Sequence record: MT133560.1 | Length of the DNA: 64,000 bases | Reading direction: 5' to 3' (one strand) | The notes under the pieces: generated by a model | The model's database searches: none | What the model was told of the DNA's origin: nothing | The model's input: only the letters and a program-made list of their open reading frames with translations | Part shown: positions 35,899 through 48,668 of the stretch, piece by piece | Numbering within the stretch: position 1 is the stretch's first letter | Layout of the letters: each line of letters starts with the position of its first letter | Made by a program: the position numbers and the translations under genes

Positions 35899-37347
35899 CT
35901 ATTTTGGGAGAATAAATTGTGTATAGGGTGATTGATAGATAGCTGAACCATCATCCGTCACGAACACAATTGAATATGAATAAGAATATGGGCCTTCAGC
36001 TACTACAAGAATTTCCATTTTAACTTTATTAGCTCCAATACGAGCTAATTGGTTTCTACTTGGAATATCGATATTTAATACAAGCTTTAATTTTATCTTA
36101 CGATCTTTAAATGTGATCGGAACTTCTACAAAGCCTGTATTAGATGTAATCGTCTTAAGTAGTTGATAGCCAACTTTCTTACCCTTTGCGACTTCCTCGA
36201 AGAAGTGCTCGGTAATATCAATAATACCAACCGACTCTCCAAGTTTACCAGCCAAGTAATCTTCAAGACGACTGCGCATAACATTAAATGTAGCTACAGC
36301 ATCATTTGCCATACGTGGTGGATTAAGAGTCCGACTAATGAGTTCATCTGTTGGCGTCGACAAAACATTGATATCTTTCCATACGACTAGAGCAGGTAGC
36401 CCCATGGATTCAATTTTCTGTCGAATGGTTGCACGATATGCGTTTGCCAAATTGATGATACCCAGTTCTGGATTTTCAGTACCCAGTGCTTCTGTATGCA
36501 TATTAATTAGTAACTGGAGATACTCATCTGGTTCATTTGCCTTATATACACTGAAGGTTGCTTCAGAGATACGACGCCCTAAAATTAAATCAGCTTTAGC
36601 TAATTTATCTTTAGCAGTGTCTTTTGGTTTATGACCATAGTTATGCATACGACCTAAGTTATAGGTGTAATAGAACCCATCTGGTTCTTCTCCAGAGTTA
36701 ATGGCGAAGAGTAACCTACTTTCGAGGATAAGTGGATTAACAACTTGTTTTTTAAGTTTGTTAATTTCTTCGCCTTTAACCGAAACCATCACTGGCTTAT
36801 CATTATTCTGTCCCGAACCAAGCTTAGCATTAGCATCAGCTTTTTCATTACCAATGTCTCCGTTATGACCGCGGACCCATTGGATGCTTAATGGTTTATT
36901 AGTTTCTTCCCATTTAGCTTTTAGTTCGACCATCTGTTTCCATAGGTCCTGGTTTGCTACCGGTGTACCGTCTGATTTAATCCAATTGGACTTAATCCAT
37001 TTGGGTAAATATGCGGTCATACCTTTTCTAACGTATTCACTATCCATGAGCATCGTTAGTCTAGGTGCATCTGCTTCATGGGCTATTTTGAAAGCCTCAA
37101 TTGCAGCGGTTAGCTCACCTGTATTATTAGTAGGGTTATTAGTTACACTACCAAATGCATCAATATAATTTAAAACAGTGCATGTCTCATCTGCACCTAC
37201 ATCTAAGTATCCCTTAGCTGTTGGTTGCTGTTTGGTGGCTGCTTTAGATTTCATTGCAACATTTTCATAGGTATAACCATGAATACCCCAACCAGCTTTA
37301 CCCTGTCGGAATGATCCGTCAGTGTATAAAACCATACCGTCTGACAT
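35899..37347 (-). CDS. rnhA: RNase HI domain fused to a large C-terminal domain (gp155)
   Basis: LYTDGS, TNNTGEL, MDSEYV, NQDLW, WVRGHNG-x-x-GNEKADANA: the full D-E-D-D set of RNase HI. Confidence 0.92.
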   Translation of the reverse strand: MSDGMVLYTDGSFRQGKAGWGIHGYTYENVAMKSKAATKQQPTAKGYLDVGADETCTVLNYIDAFGSVTNNPTNNTGELTAAIEAFKIAHEADAPRLTMLMDSEYVRKGMTAYLPKWIKSNWIKSDGTPVANQDLWKQMVELKAKWEETNKPLSIQWVRGHNGDIGNEKADANAKLGSGQNNDKPVMVSVKGEEINKLKKQVVNPLILESRLLFAINSGEEPDGFYYTYNLGRMHNYGHKPKDTAKDKLAKADLILGRRISEATFSVYKANEPDEYLQLLINMHTEALGTENPELGIINLANAYRATIRQKIESMGLPALVVWKDINVLSTPTDELISRTLNPPRMANDAVATFNVMRSRLEDYLAGKLGESVGIIDITEHFFEEVAKGKKVGYQLLKTITSNTGFVEVPITFKDRKIKLKLVLNIDIPSRNQLARIGANKVKMEILVVAEGPYSYSYSIVFVTDDGSAIYQSPYTQFILPK

Positions 37348-37402
37348 TATTGTTTCCTCATGTGATCGATTACTAAACTAGATAATAATTCTAGCAAGTA
37401 AA

Positions 37403-37804
37403 TTACTCATCACACTTTGCACGCCATTCTTCATATGCTTGCTCAATTTTAGCGCGCTCAGATACAATATGTGACTTTAATTCTTTTATATAGTCAGTCA
37501 ACAAGATATCGATTTGTTCCGGAGTTTCTATAAACTCTGTAATAATCGGTGTTGGCGGTACCGGTTTCTTTCTTGGTAGTTCGAAAACCATACACTTCTT
37601 ACTAGTATCCTTACTATATTTTTTAGGTGTAGGCAGAACTTTTTGTATTACCTCTTCTTTAGTTGTAACAACAGATGTATGATCATCTGTAGAAGAGGAG
37701 TGCTCATATTGGACCACAGTCGTGTTGTGCGTGTGGTACTCATGTGGCGTATAAACACAGCCACTGATAAGTGGTAGGAGTATTAGAAAGAACTTTCTTG
37801 ACAT
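37403..37804 (-). CDS. Lipoprotein, o-spanin-like architecture (gp156 position)
   Basis: MSRKFFLILLPLISG|C lipobox from ATG 37804 (GGTGGA RBS), Pro-rich segment, C-terminal helix, two further Cys. Confidence 0.7.
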   Translation of the reverse strand: MSRKFFLILLPLISGCVYTPHEYHTHNTTVVQYEHSSSTDDHTSVVTTKEEVIQKVLPTPKKYSKDTSKKCMVFELPRKKPVPPTPIITEFIETPEQIDILLTDYIKELKSHIVSERAKIEQAYEEWRAKCDE

Positions 37805-37824
37805 GTGATCCACCAATTTGGTAC

Positions 37825-38115
37825 TTACTTTAGCAAGTCATTTAAACGACGGCGGCGCTCAAGCATTTCAGCCTTCTCAGGCGTCATTTTCTTGAGTCGA
37901 TCCATTTCGGCTTTAACGGCCCAGTTGCTTGCTTTAACTGACTTCAACTCACTAGTCACTATGAATAAGGTACCTAGTAATATTACAACTAGGATTAACA
38001 TTGCCGTGACATGTTTGTTTTCCAGCAACACTTCCTTAATAGTCCTATCACCAAAGATAGCCCTCTTAAGGAATGGCCAAACGAAGAGCAAGGCTTTAAT
38101 AGTCAAACCGAGCAT
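37825..38115 (-). CDS. Small membrane protein (holin- or i-spanin-like)
   Basis: AGAGG RBS; TM helix VTAMLILVVILLGTLFIVT and a charged coiled-coil C-terminus. Confidence 0.65.
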   Translation of the reverse strand: MLGLTIKALLFVWPFLKRAIFGDRTIKEVLLENKHVTAMLILVVILLGTLFIVTSELKSVKASNWAVKAEMDRLKKMTPEKAEMLERRRRLNDLLK

Positions 38116-38290
38116 GATGACCTCTGTTAGTACTATGCCTACCCATAAAAGCCAGTATTGGCATTTCTATCAATAGACTGTTACAAGGGTATTACGTAAA
38201 GCTCATAATACCAGACTTTTTATTTTAACACAACTAGAACAGACTGATTTTATAGATGGAAACCCATCGCGCTCTAATTATGAGGATTAA

Positions 38291-39631
<1,341 letters not shown>

Positions 39632-39640
39632 TGCATAAAT

Positions 39641-39664
39641 GAGAGAGGGCAAAGGCCCTCTCTT
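39641..39664 (+). terminator. Hairpin terminator
   Basis: GAGAGAGGGC-AAAG-GCCCTCTCTT. Confidence 0.8.
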
Positions 39665-39686
39665 ATATTAATCTAAAGGTGGCGCA

Positions 39687-40637
39687 ATGCGTAGATTCAC
39701 TCTTAATCTGGCGGATAACCCGCGTGGACAAGATCCACGAATAGGTTTCTTCAAAGCAGTTACAACAGCATATCCGGATTTAGGTTTATCTGAAGATAAG
39801 TCCATTATCGTAATGGTAATGGATAGTGCAACTATCGATGAGCCTAATAGGGCATTTGTTCGTATTCAAAAAGATGCAACTAATAGTGCTGTTTATTACG
39901 ACTTTCTTTATAATCGTTTTAATGTTAATGATTATATTAAAAATCCATATTGGACAGCATCGGAAGTAACGGTTGTTCAAGGATTAAAAAATAGCGAAGC
40001 TTTAGTTGCGTATGTTGCTAATAAAGCTAAATTAAATTTTACTGCTAGTGACATATGGTTAGAAATATCTAATATAACGTATACCGGTGGTAAGAAACAA
40101 CCAAACTTTTTATTTAAAGCTATTGATTCATCACTATGGTGGAGAGGATGGTTAAATCTATGGTTACATTCAGGTGGTGATGTTGACCCTGATCCGCCGG
40201 ACCCAGATCCAGATCCTGATCCAGAACCAACAGATGGCTATCAGATATTCCCGCAATTGCTTGTACCATTTACAATTACAGTTGATAATGAAACAGGTAA
40301 ATTTGGTAATTGGATTTGTCCGCCTTATGATCAAGCTATAGGTAGGCTATTGGTACTAATGCCTAAACCAGATGGTGCTCAAATAGCAGAGTCACCTAAA
40401 GGTGTTATACTACCTTCTGGCAATAGCGAGAAACTTAAGGCTGGTGCTGAATATCGAATACTGAATTTAACTAATGAAGATGTTGATATAGCTACTGCTT
40501 ATCAACAGAGTATCATTAGGCCAATGTATACAAGTACTGGTTTCTTACCTAATAATGGCTATACTCGATTTATCTGTTATAATGAAACAACTAAAGCGAT
40601 GTATACACTTGGTCTGTCATGGTGGATGCAATCATGA
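39687..40637 (+). CDS. Two-domain protein with (PD)n linker, probably virion-associated (gp158 position)
   Basis: N-domain with FLYNRFN motif; linker DVDPDPPDPDPDPDPEPTD; separate C-domain. Confidence 0.7.
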   Translation: MRRFTLNLADNPRGQDPRIGFFKAVTTAYPDLGLSEDKSIIVMVMDSATIDEPNRAFVRIQKDATNSAVYYDFLYNRFNVNDYIKNPYWTASEVTVVQGLKNSEALVAYVANKAKLNFTASDIWLEISNITYTGGKKQPNFLFKAIDSSLWWRGWLNLWLHSGGDVDPDPPDPDPDPDPEPTDGYQIFPQLLVPFTITVDNETGKFGNWICPPYDQAIGRLLVLMPKPDGAQIAESPKGVILPSGNSEKLKAGAEYRILNLTNEDVDIATAYQQSIIRPMYTSTGFLPNNGYTRFICYNETTKAMYTLGLSWWMQS

Positions 40638-41038
40638 GCGAATTCTGTTATATCTACCCACCTATGAAAGTAATTGACACGTCTAAAGCAACTGGACGTA
40701 AGTTTGATATTGACTCAACTTATCTTAATGCGCACATTATCGTTGAAGATCCTAATTATACTGATAATGATAATTCAGATAGTCCATTTATAGTAAATTT
40801 ACCAGCTACTGCCTATGATACTAAAAAAGGTAAATATGTATTTACTATTGCTAATAAGACAAATGGATTATTGGTGATTCGTGCTTATGGTAATCGTTTA
40901 GTTGGTAACCGTGTATTCAAAGTTGACTGTCAATTAAACAAAGGTGAGGCATGTGAATATAGAACGGTTTATGATTCATTAGAAAATGAATTATACTGGT
41001 CTATCGAAGGACGTGTAATGACGGATGTACAGGAGTAA
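40634..41038 (+). CDS. Hypothetical protein similar to the C-domain of the upstream gene
   Basis: ATGA overlap with the upstream stop; GGTGGA RBS. Confidence 0.75.
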   Translation: MSEFCYIYPPMKVIDTSKATGRKFDIDSTYLNAHIIVEDPNYTDNDNSDSPFIVNLPATAYDTKKGKYVFTIANKTNGLLVIRAYGNRLVGNRVFKVDCQLNKGEACEYRTVYDSLENELYWSIEGRVMTDVQE

Positions 41039-41041
41039 ATC

Positions 41042-41515
41042 ATGGCAGATACATCAAAATGTGATAATTTCATTCCTGGTGCATTTTACACAACAATAAA
41101 TAAATATCCATTAAAAATGAAACACCCTCTTTATGGAGATGATGTTATTTATAATCTGTTAGATGTTAAAGATTATTTTGATACTAACATTATCTTTAAA
41201 GAAGAAGATGGATATGTATCATCACCAACAACACCTACATTTATTGGCACTGTTATTAAATACAATGCATCATTGCCGAATGGATTTACTTTCGTATTAA
41301 GTTTCTATGAAAAAGATCCTATTAATGGCGCAGAGACTAGGCACTCATTAAGTTTTTGGGCACAAGACAAAGATGGTAAATTAGTTATACCTAGAGGTTT
41401 TCCATTTGAAGATGCTTCTGTGCGCGGTACGGTTGGACAAAGATTTATATTAGTCAGACCTAATGGCCAAACAACTGGCGATTATATTTGGGTTTGTCCT
41501 GGTCAAGCATTTTAA
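41042..41515 (+). CDS. Hypothetical protein
   Basis: AGGAG RBS; ends at a hairpin. Confidence 0.8.
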   Translation: MADTSKCDNFIPGAFYTTINKYPLKMKHPLYGDDVIYNLLDVKDYFDTNIIFKEEDGYVSSPTTPTFIGTVIKYNASLPNGFTFVLSFYEKDPINGAETRHSLSFWAQDKDGKLVIPRGFPFEDASVRGTVGQRFILVRPNGQTTGDYIWVCPGQAF

Positions 41516-41520
41516 TTTAA

Positions 41521-41548
41521 AGCGGATCTGCTTTAAAGCGGATCCGCT
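41521..41548 (+). terminator. Long hairpin, probable terminator
   Basis: AGCGGATC-TGCTTTAAAGCG-GATCCGCT near-perfect palindrome followed by ATTATTT. Confidence 0.7.
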
Positions 41549-41589
41549 ATTATTTCGTCTTAAAGTAACTATAGTGCTCAATTGAATGA

Positions 41590-42249
<660 letters not shown>

Positions 42250-42284
42250 CAACCTTATGAACTTTAATACTCCGGAGTTTTAAA

Positions 42285-43853
42285 ATGGCTAAGAAAAAAA
42301 CAGTTCCCGCAATGGATTTCTTTGCAAGTCTTGAGCGCGTTTCTGATGCTGAAGATAAGAATGTCAATCTTGATGTTGGTAAAGAATTACCAGAACAATT
42401 AAAAGATGATGAAGATGGTAAAGTAAATCCATGTGATGAAGTTACCAATGTCGTTACCAATACCCCAATTGACGTATGCAAAGGTCCAGATGTTGATGGA
42501 ACTGCTGATAAGATCAATGATAAGAAGATTCATGTTAGTCAAGGGCTAAAAGAATTCCAAGTAGCTAAAGGTGATCGTGTTGAAAACGAAATCACTGAAA
42601 CAGCTGATGAAATGATCACTAAAGTAAGTGATACTAAAGATCTTAATGTTAGTACCAAAAAACCACACCAAATTGCAGATGTCCCATCGAATGAAGACAT
42701 TTCTATTATGGAAGCCAATGAGACTGAGCAGCTAGACCATGGCTATGATGCCACCGCACTACTGGAAACTACTGAAGATATCATCACTGGTGAACTAGAT
42801 GATCATCTAGAATCATTATCAGTTGAAATGTTTACAATTGTAAATGAACTGACTAAAGTAGAATCTGTTCAAACTGCATTAGAAAACTATATTGGTTTAG
42901 TTAGTAACCGCCATCATCGCGGGCATGATGTCGATCATGATCTAGCTAAAGCTATTAGCATCGCGCTAGAGTCATTTGACTATAAATATTTTAATAACAC
43001 TGTGCCATCAATGGAATCCTTTATATCACCGCTAACTCGGCCTAAAGCTTCTATTGAAGTATTAGATAATCTACAAGCTAAAGCAAAAGAAGTATCTACT
43101 GTTGCATTAGATTTCATTAAGAAGCTAATTCGCATTGTTGTAGAAACTTATCAACGTATTCGCCAGAATGTCAGTAATCAAATAGAACGCGTTAATAAGA
43201 TCATGAAACGCGTTAAAGAGAATGAACTACCCGATGAAGTTCGTACTATCGCAATTCCACGCGATCTGATTCTAGGTGACACTGGTGAGAGTTGGGTTGG
43301 TGTAGACCCTGTTCAGGGGGTTACTGTAATCCGTAATCTATTTGACAGCATTGAAAAGAATGGACTGCGTGCTCTTAAAGCAGCCTTAGCTGGAAAAACA
43401 ACTGATGATAAAGCACTGGCTTTAGCTAAAGGTATGTTTGGAACAGCTACCAAAATTAATGCTAATGGTGTCCGATATGCTAGCCCGGTTGTGCCCGGTA
43501 ATCGTGTTTATACCTTTGGTAAAGACAAAGCTGCGGTAGACTTCTCCATTCTTGATGCACCGGGTAAACCCAACTATGGAATTACTGTTGAACTATTAGT
43601 TGATAAGAATGTTGTTATGGCTCAGCTAAAAGCAGTTCATAACCTCCTAAATCATCTAAATAATATTCGCGGTATCTCTAAAGAGTCAACTGCTGAAATC
43701 ATTGCACAGATGACTGATAAAGAAGCAACCAATGTTGGTAAGGCTTATCTAACTGGCACCACTGAAGCTAGTAATGATCTGTTTAAATGTGTGATGATCT
43801 GGATCACCGTACTTGAGAAACTAGTTGATAGTGAAATCAAGGAAACTGAATAG
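42285..43853 (+). CDS. gp162: Inner-head protein of the gp93/gp162 paralog family with acidic propeptide
   Basis: 522 aa; acidic N-half; SVE, ALE, SME, SIE cleavage motifs; SPVVPGNR; TATG at 42256 and GGAG RBS. Confidence 0.8.
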   Translation: MAKKKTVPAMDFFASLERVSDAEDKNVNLDVGKELPEQLKDDEDGKVNPCDEVTNVVTNTPIDVCKGPDVDGTADKINDKKIHVSQGLKEFQVAKGDRVENEITETADEMITKVSDTKDLNVSTKKPHQIADVPSNEDISIMEANETEQLDHGYDATALLETTEDIITGELDDHLESLSVEMFTIVNELTKVESVQTALENYIGLVSNRHHRGHDVDHDLAKAISIALESFDYKYFNNTVPSMESFISPLTRPKASIEVLDNLQAKAKEVSTVALDFIKKLIRIVVETYQRIRQNVSNQIERVNKIMKRVKENELPDEVRTIAIPRDLILGDTGESWVGVDPVQGVTVIRNLFDSIEKNGLRALKAALAGKTTDDKALALAKGMFGTATKINANGVRYASPVVPGNRVYTFGKDKAAVDFSILDAPGKPNYGITVELLVDKNVVMAQLKAVHNLLNHLNNIRGISKESTAEIIAQMTDKEATNVGKAYLTGTTEASNDLFKCVMIWITVLEKLVDSEIKETE

Positions 43854-43862
43854 GTAAACATA

Positions 43863-44669
43863 ATGTCCACATATGCAGAACTATTAATTACCAATAATGA
43901 ACTCAAAGAGGCTATTGTTTCTGTTGAAGCATATCGCCATCGATTAGCTCGTTATCAAGATCTGCTAGATGGACGTGACGTAGCATCTGAAGACTTATCT
44001 AAAGCAATGTCATTTGCTTTAGAAAGTATCGATCCCGCCTTCTCCATAAAAGAAGGCGGTATAATTACACTACGTGCTTTAAAAGATGCATTAGTTCGAG
44101 CTGCTAAGGCTGCACGTGATATTGTGCGGATGGTAATCGAAACACTTACGGCATTCTACGTCAAGTTTACTGGCAGTATTTCACATGTGCGTAAAACACA
44201 GCAAAAGTTATCTAGGCGACTTGCAAAACTAGGTAATCGTACGACTAATACCCGATTGACTGTTTCTGGTTTACAGCGGCTATCTATTAATGGTGAATTC
44301 ATTGGCGATCGACCAGATAATCTTTTAGATATCAAAGAAGTCACTAATTATATTTTAATGACTTACCCTAAAATGACTTCTAATATTGCTCGAAATATTA
44401 GTAGACAAGCATTGAATATCTTAGATAATCAAGGCGAAGTAGAATATAAAACAGTTAAGGTAGTTGTAGATGATTCAATTCGACAGCTAGCTGAACGTAG
44501 TGAGTTATTGGGAAGGGCAAATGGCGAGGCAATTAATATGCTCGCTGAGATATCCCGAAAATTAGCAGAACCTGTTGGTAACTACACCCATTGGTTAGCA
44601 GTAACTCTTAAAGTCTGGTTAACATTTGTTAGTCACTGCATTACTCATTATGAGAATGAAGGTATTTAA
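43863..44669 (+). CDS. Inner-head paralog (gp163 position)
   Basis: SVE and FALES motifs as in the upstream paralog; helical. Confidence 0.7.
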   Translation: MSTYAELLITNNELKEAIVSVEAYRHRLARYQDLLDGRDVASEDLSKAMSFALESIDPAFSIKEGGIITLRALKDALVRAAKAARDIVRMVIETLTAFYVKFTGSISHVRKTQQKLSRRLAKLGNRTTNTRLTVSGLQRLSINGEFIGDRPDNLLDIKEVTNYILMTYPKMTSNIARNISRQALNILDNQGEVEYKTVKVVVDDSIRQLAERSELLGRANGEAINMLAEISRKLAEPVGNYTHWLAVTLKVWLTFVSHCITHYENEGI

Positions 44670-44677
44670 CAGCATAA

Positions 44678-44698
44678 GCCCTCCCATAGTGGGAGGGC
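44678..44698. terminator. Bidirectional hairpin terminator
   Basis: CATAA-GCCCTCCCA-TAG-TGGGAGGGC-ATTATG. Confidence 0.9.
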
Positions 44699-44708
44699 AT
44701 TATGTTCT

Positions 44709-45881
<1,173 letters not shown>

Positions 45882-45930
45882 TTACTAGGGTTATTAACTC
45901 TATAGAGTAAGACATTATTAAGGGTTAATC

Positions 45931-48423
45931 ATGCAGATCAAGCTACTTAAGCTAATTGGCTATACTAGGTTGATGGCCAATAATACACATTATTTTGAAT
46001 GGACTCCAAGCAAACAGATGATGGTTATACTTGGTAGTAATGGTTCTGGCAAATCATCTATTATTAGTGAACTGACACCTGTTGTATCTAGCAGTTCAAA
46101 CTTCAAGCAAGGTGGCGAGAAACATTTCCATTGTCATGCAAATGGTAAAGACTATAAATTAATTTCTAAATATAACCGTGGCACTGGACATCATTCCTTT
46201 TTATGTAATGATGAAGAATTAAATAGTGGTCATACCTTTAAAGAACAAGAAGAACTTGTAATGGCGCATTTCGGGTTAAACCGAGAACTGCATGAAATGT
46301 TGACAGGTAAGATGCGTTTTACAAAGTTAAAACCTAATGAACGTAAAGCATGGTTAACTAGAATGTCTGTAGTTAACCTTGATTATGCATTTAATGTTTA
46401 TAACAAAGTACGTAAAGAATTATCTAACCAGCAAGGTACTGTTAAAACAATTAATAAGCGATTGGTCACAGAACACCATGGGGTATTGAATGATTCAGAA
46501 ATGACACAGTTGAAAGAAGTGAAACAACGGTTAGTTAGTCGTATTGATTTACTTTATAAAACACGTGATAAGAAAGGTGTCCTTCATTTTAGAGATGAAA
46601 CCACTGCACGTAAAGAATTAGATTCTATCTTAGATGAAGCTCGTTCATTGTTAATGTCATTTCCAATGTTACCTATTCAAGTTAAAGTAGATGGGTATGA
46701 ATCTTTCTTAGAACTAAATAATAAGAAGATTGAAGAATATAAATCTATACAAGCAGTTATTGCACGTTTAGTTGAAGAATTAGAAGAATTAAAAAGCTCT
46801 AATCCGAATACAGCTGAACGTATGTCTCCAGAAGAAATACAAGAACTTAAGGACAGACATGAACATCATACACGCATTGCTGAAGAAGCTATTAGTAAAT
46901 ATAAGAAGTATACCGGTAGATTTCCTTTGGTTGACATTTCTGTTAACGGTGATCCATCTGGTAAACTTACTGATCTCTCAGATCGTTGGATCAAACTTCT
47001 CACTACATTTCCTAATAATGAGAATGGTTACTTAAGTAAAGAAACTGCTATTAAAAATGCAGAAAGGCTAAAAGAATTAAAAAGTAAATACTCAACCATG
47101 GAAGGCATGTATTTACAAATTAATCAACGCCTAAATTCATTTAAGGAATGCGCATCTATTACTTGCCCATCATGCACTCATTCATTTAAACCTGGTGTTA
47201 GTGAACAAGATATCACAATAGCAGAAGAGCGCAAAGCTAAGTTAGATGAAGCGATGGATAGCTGTTCAAATGAGATCAAGGTTCTTGAACAGTACATGAC
47301 TGACTTCAATGAATATGTAAGTTATGTACATGGCTACGTTCAATTAACGAAAGAGTATAACGAATTTGATACATTATGGAACTATGTAGCTGAACATGTC
47401 GTAATGTATCGCACACCAGCAAAATATATAAATGATGCATTAGACTGGCGAGATGCAATGCAGCAACTCATTGTCTCTAAGCAAGCTCATGCGGAAGCTA
47501 CTTTATTAGCTCAACGACTACGTGTTATTGCTGAGATGGATCAAGATGCATTAGGGTTCATTAAGGCACGTACAACTGCACTAGAAACTGAAATTAATAA
47601 TAAAACACATGTAGCAGCTGACTTACAAAGAAAAGCATCTCATTTCAATAAAGCTGGTAATGCTATTCGTGAATGGGAAGATAAGTATCATTCTTTTATT
47701 GAACGATGGGAGCAGTTTATTAAAAAGATAGTGGATACAGCTGATAACTTTGTAGATAAGGCATACCAAGCAGAGATTGATGCTGTTAACTTAGAACTAT
47801 CTAGTGTGCATAGTCGTTTAAGTGAAATGGAACGTCATGAAGAACGTATTAAAGTTTTAGAATCAGAAGTTAACCATGCACAACAAATGGCTACTGATTT
47901 AGCTATTCTTGAAAAAGCATTATCACCAAAAAGTGGTATTCTTGGTCGCTATTTATTAGGTTTCTTACAAGGAGTAGTTAAACTAGTAAATGCATACATC
48001 AATGAGATTTGGACTTATAGGTTAGAAGTATTACCTTCTAATGTTGACAAAGATGGCATGGATTATAAGTTCCCAATGCATATTGCAGGTGGTGACGTTC
48101 AGCCACCGGACATTGAATACGGGTCTGACTCACAATTAGAGATTGTTGATTTTGCTTTTAGAATGGCTATCTTGAAATTTTTACATCTAGATGACATGCC
48201 CCTTTTCTTAGATGAATTTAGCAGGACTTTTGATGAACAACATCGAGCCAATGCTATTCCATTCATTAACAGGTTAATTGAAAATGGCATTGTTAATCAA
48301 GTGTTCTTCATCAGCCACTTTGAATCAACACACGGTGCATTTAACCAAGCTGAATTTATTGTACTTGATCCAGCTAATATTAGTACTCCAGAAGTATTTA
48401 ATAAAAATCTAGTATTAAAATAA
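45931..48423 (+). CDS. sbcC: SbcC/Rad50-like SMC-family ATPase (gp165)
   Basis: Walker A GSNGSGKSS, long coiled coils, central CPSC zinc hook, Walker B PLFLDE, H-loop FISH. Confidence 0.9.
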   Translation: MQIKLLKLIGYTRLMANNTHYFEWTPSKQMMVILGSNGSGKSSIISELTPVVSSSSNFKQGGEKHFHCHANGKDYKLISKYNRGTGHHSFLCNDEELNSGHTFKEQEELVMAHFGLNRELHEMLTGKMRFTKLKPNERKAWLTRMSVVNLDYAFNVYNKVRKELSNQQGTVKTINKRLVTEHHGVLNDSEMTQLKEVKQRLVSRIDLLYKTRDKKGVLHFRDETTARKELDSILDEARSLLMSFPMLPIQVKVDGYESFLELNNKKIEEYKSIQAVIARLVEELEELKSSNPNTAERMSPEEIQELKDRHEHHTRIAEEAISKYKKYTGRFPLVDISVNGDPSGKLTDLSDRWIKLLTTFPNNENGYLSKETAIKNAERLKELKSKYSTMEGMYLQINQRLNSFKECASITCPSCTHSFKPGVSEQDITIAEERKAKLDEAMDSCSNEIKVLEQYMTDFNEYVSYVHGYVQLTKEYNEFDTLWNYVAEHVVMYRTPAKYINDALDWRDAMQQLIVSKQAHAEATLLAQRLRVIAEMDQDALGFIKARTTALETEINNKTHVAADLQRKASHFNKAGNAIREWEDKYHSFIERWEQFIKKIVDTADNFVDKAYQAEIDAVNLELSSVHSRLSEMERHEERIKVLESEVNHAQQMATDLAILEKALSPKSGILGRYLLGFLQGVVKLVNAYINEIWTYRLEVLPSNVDKDGMDYKFPMHIAGGDVQPPDIEYGSDSQLEIVDFAFRMAILKFLHLDDMPLFLDEFSRTFDEQHRANAIPFINRLIENGIVNQVFFISHFESTHGAFNQAEFIVLDPANISTPEVFNKNLVLK

Positions 48424-48438
48424 TTATAAGCAACATAA

Positions 48439-48459
48439 GCCCTCCCGCAATGGGAGGGC
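48439..48459. terminator. Bidirectional hairpin terminator
   Basis: CATAA-GCCCTCCC-GCAAT-GGGAGGGC-ATTATA. Confidence 0.88.
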
Positions 48460-48465
48460 ATTATA

Positions 48466-48642
48466 TTAGTAACTATCTTTATAAGTGCTATTAAGTGAAA
48501 CACTTTCAAAACTCTTTTTATTTTTATCAGCCTCAACAAAGTCTTTACCAACTGATTGTGGTACACCAACTTTCTTAGCAAACTTCTTATCATTGGCTAC
48601 AGCAGCCATGAAGTTATGTTGTTTTTTACTTTTACTAGGCAT
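48466..48642 (-). CDS. Small basic 58-aa protein absent from the ORF track
   Basis: Manual translation MPSKSKKQHNFMAAVANDKKFAKKVGVPQSVGKDFVEADKNKKSFESVSLNSTYKDSY; AGAGGA RBS; stop 7 nt from the bidirectional terminator. Confidence 0.85.
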   Translation of the reverse strand: MPSKSKKQHNFMAAVANDKKFAKKVGVPQSVGKDFVEADKNKKSFESVSLNSTYKDSY

Positions 48643-48668
48643 CGTATATTCCTCTAAGTTTTCACAAC

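Noticed and set aside
37805-38176. 123-aa plus-strand ORF
   Set aside because: Antisense to the membrane-protein gene, which has the clear RBS.
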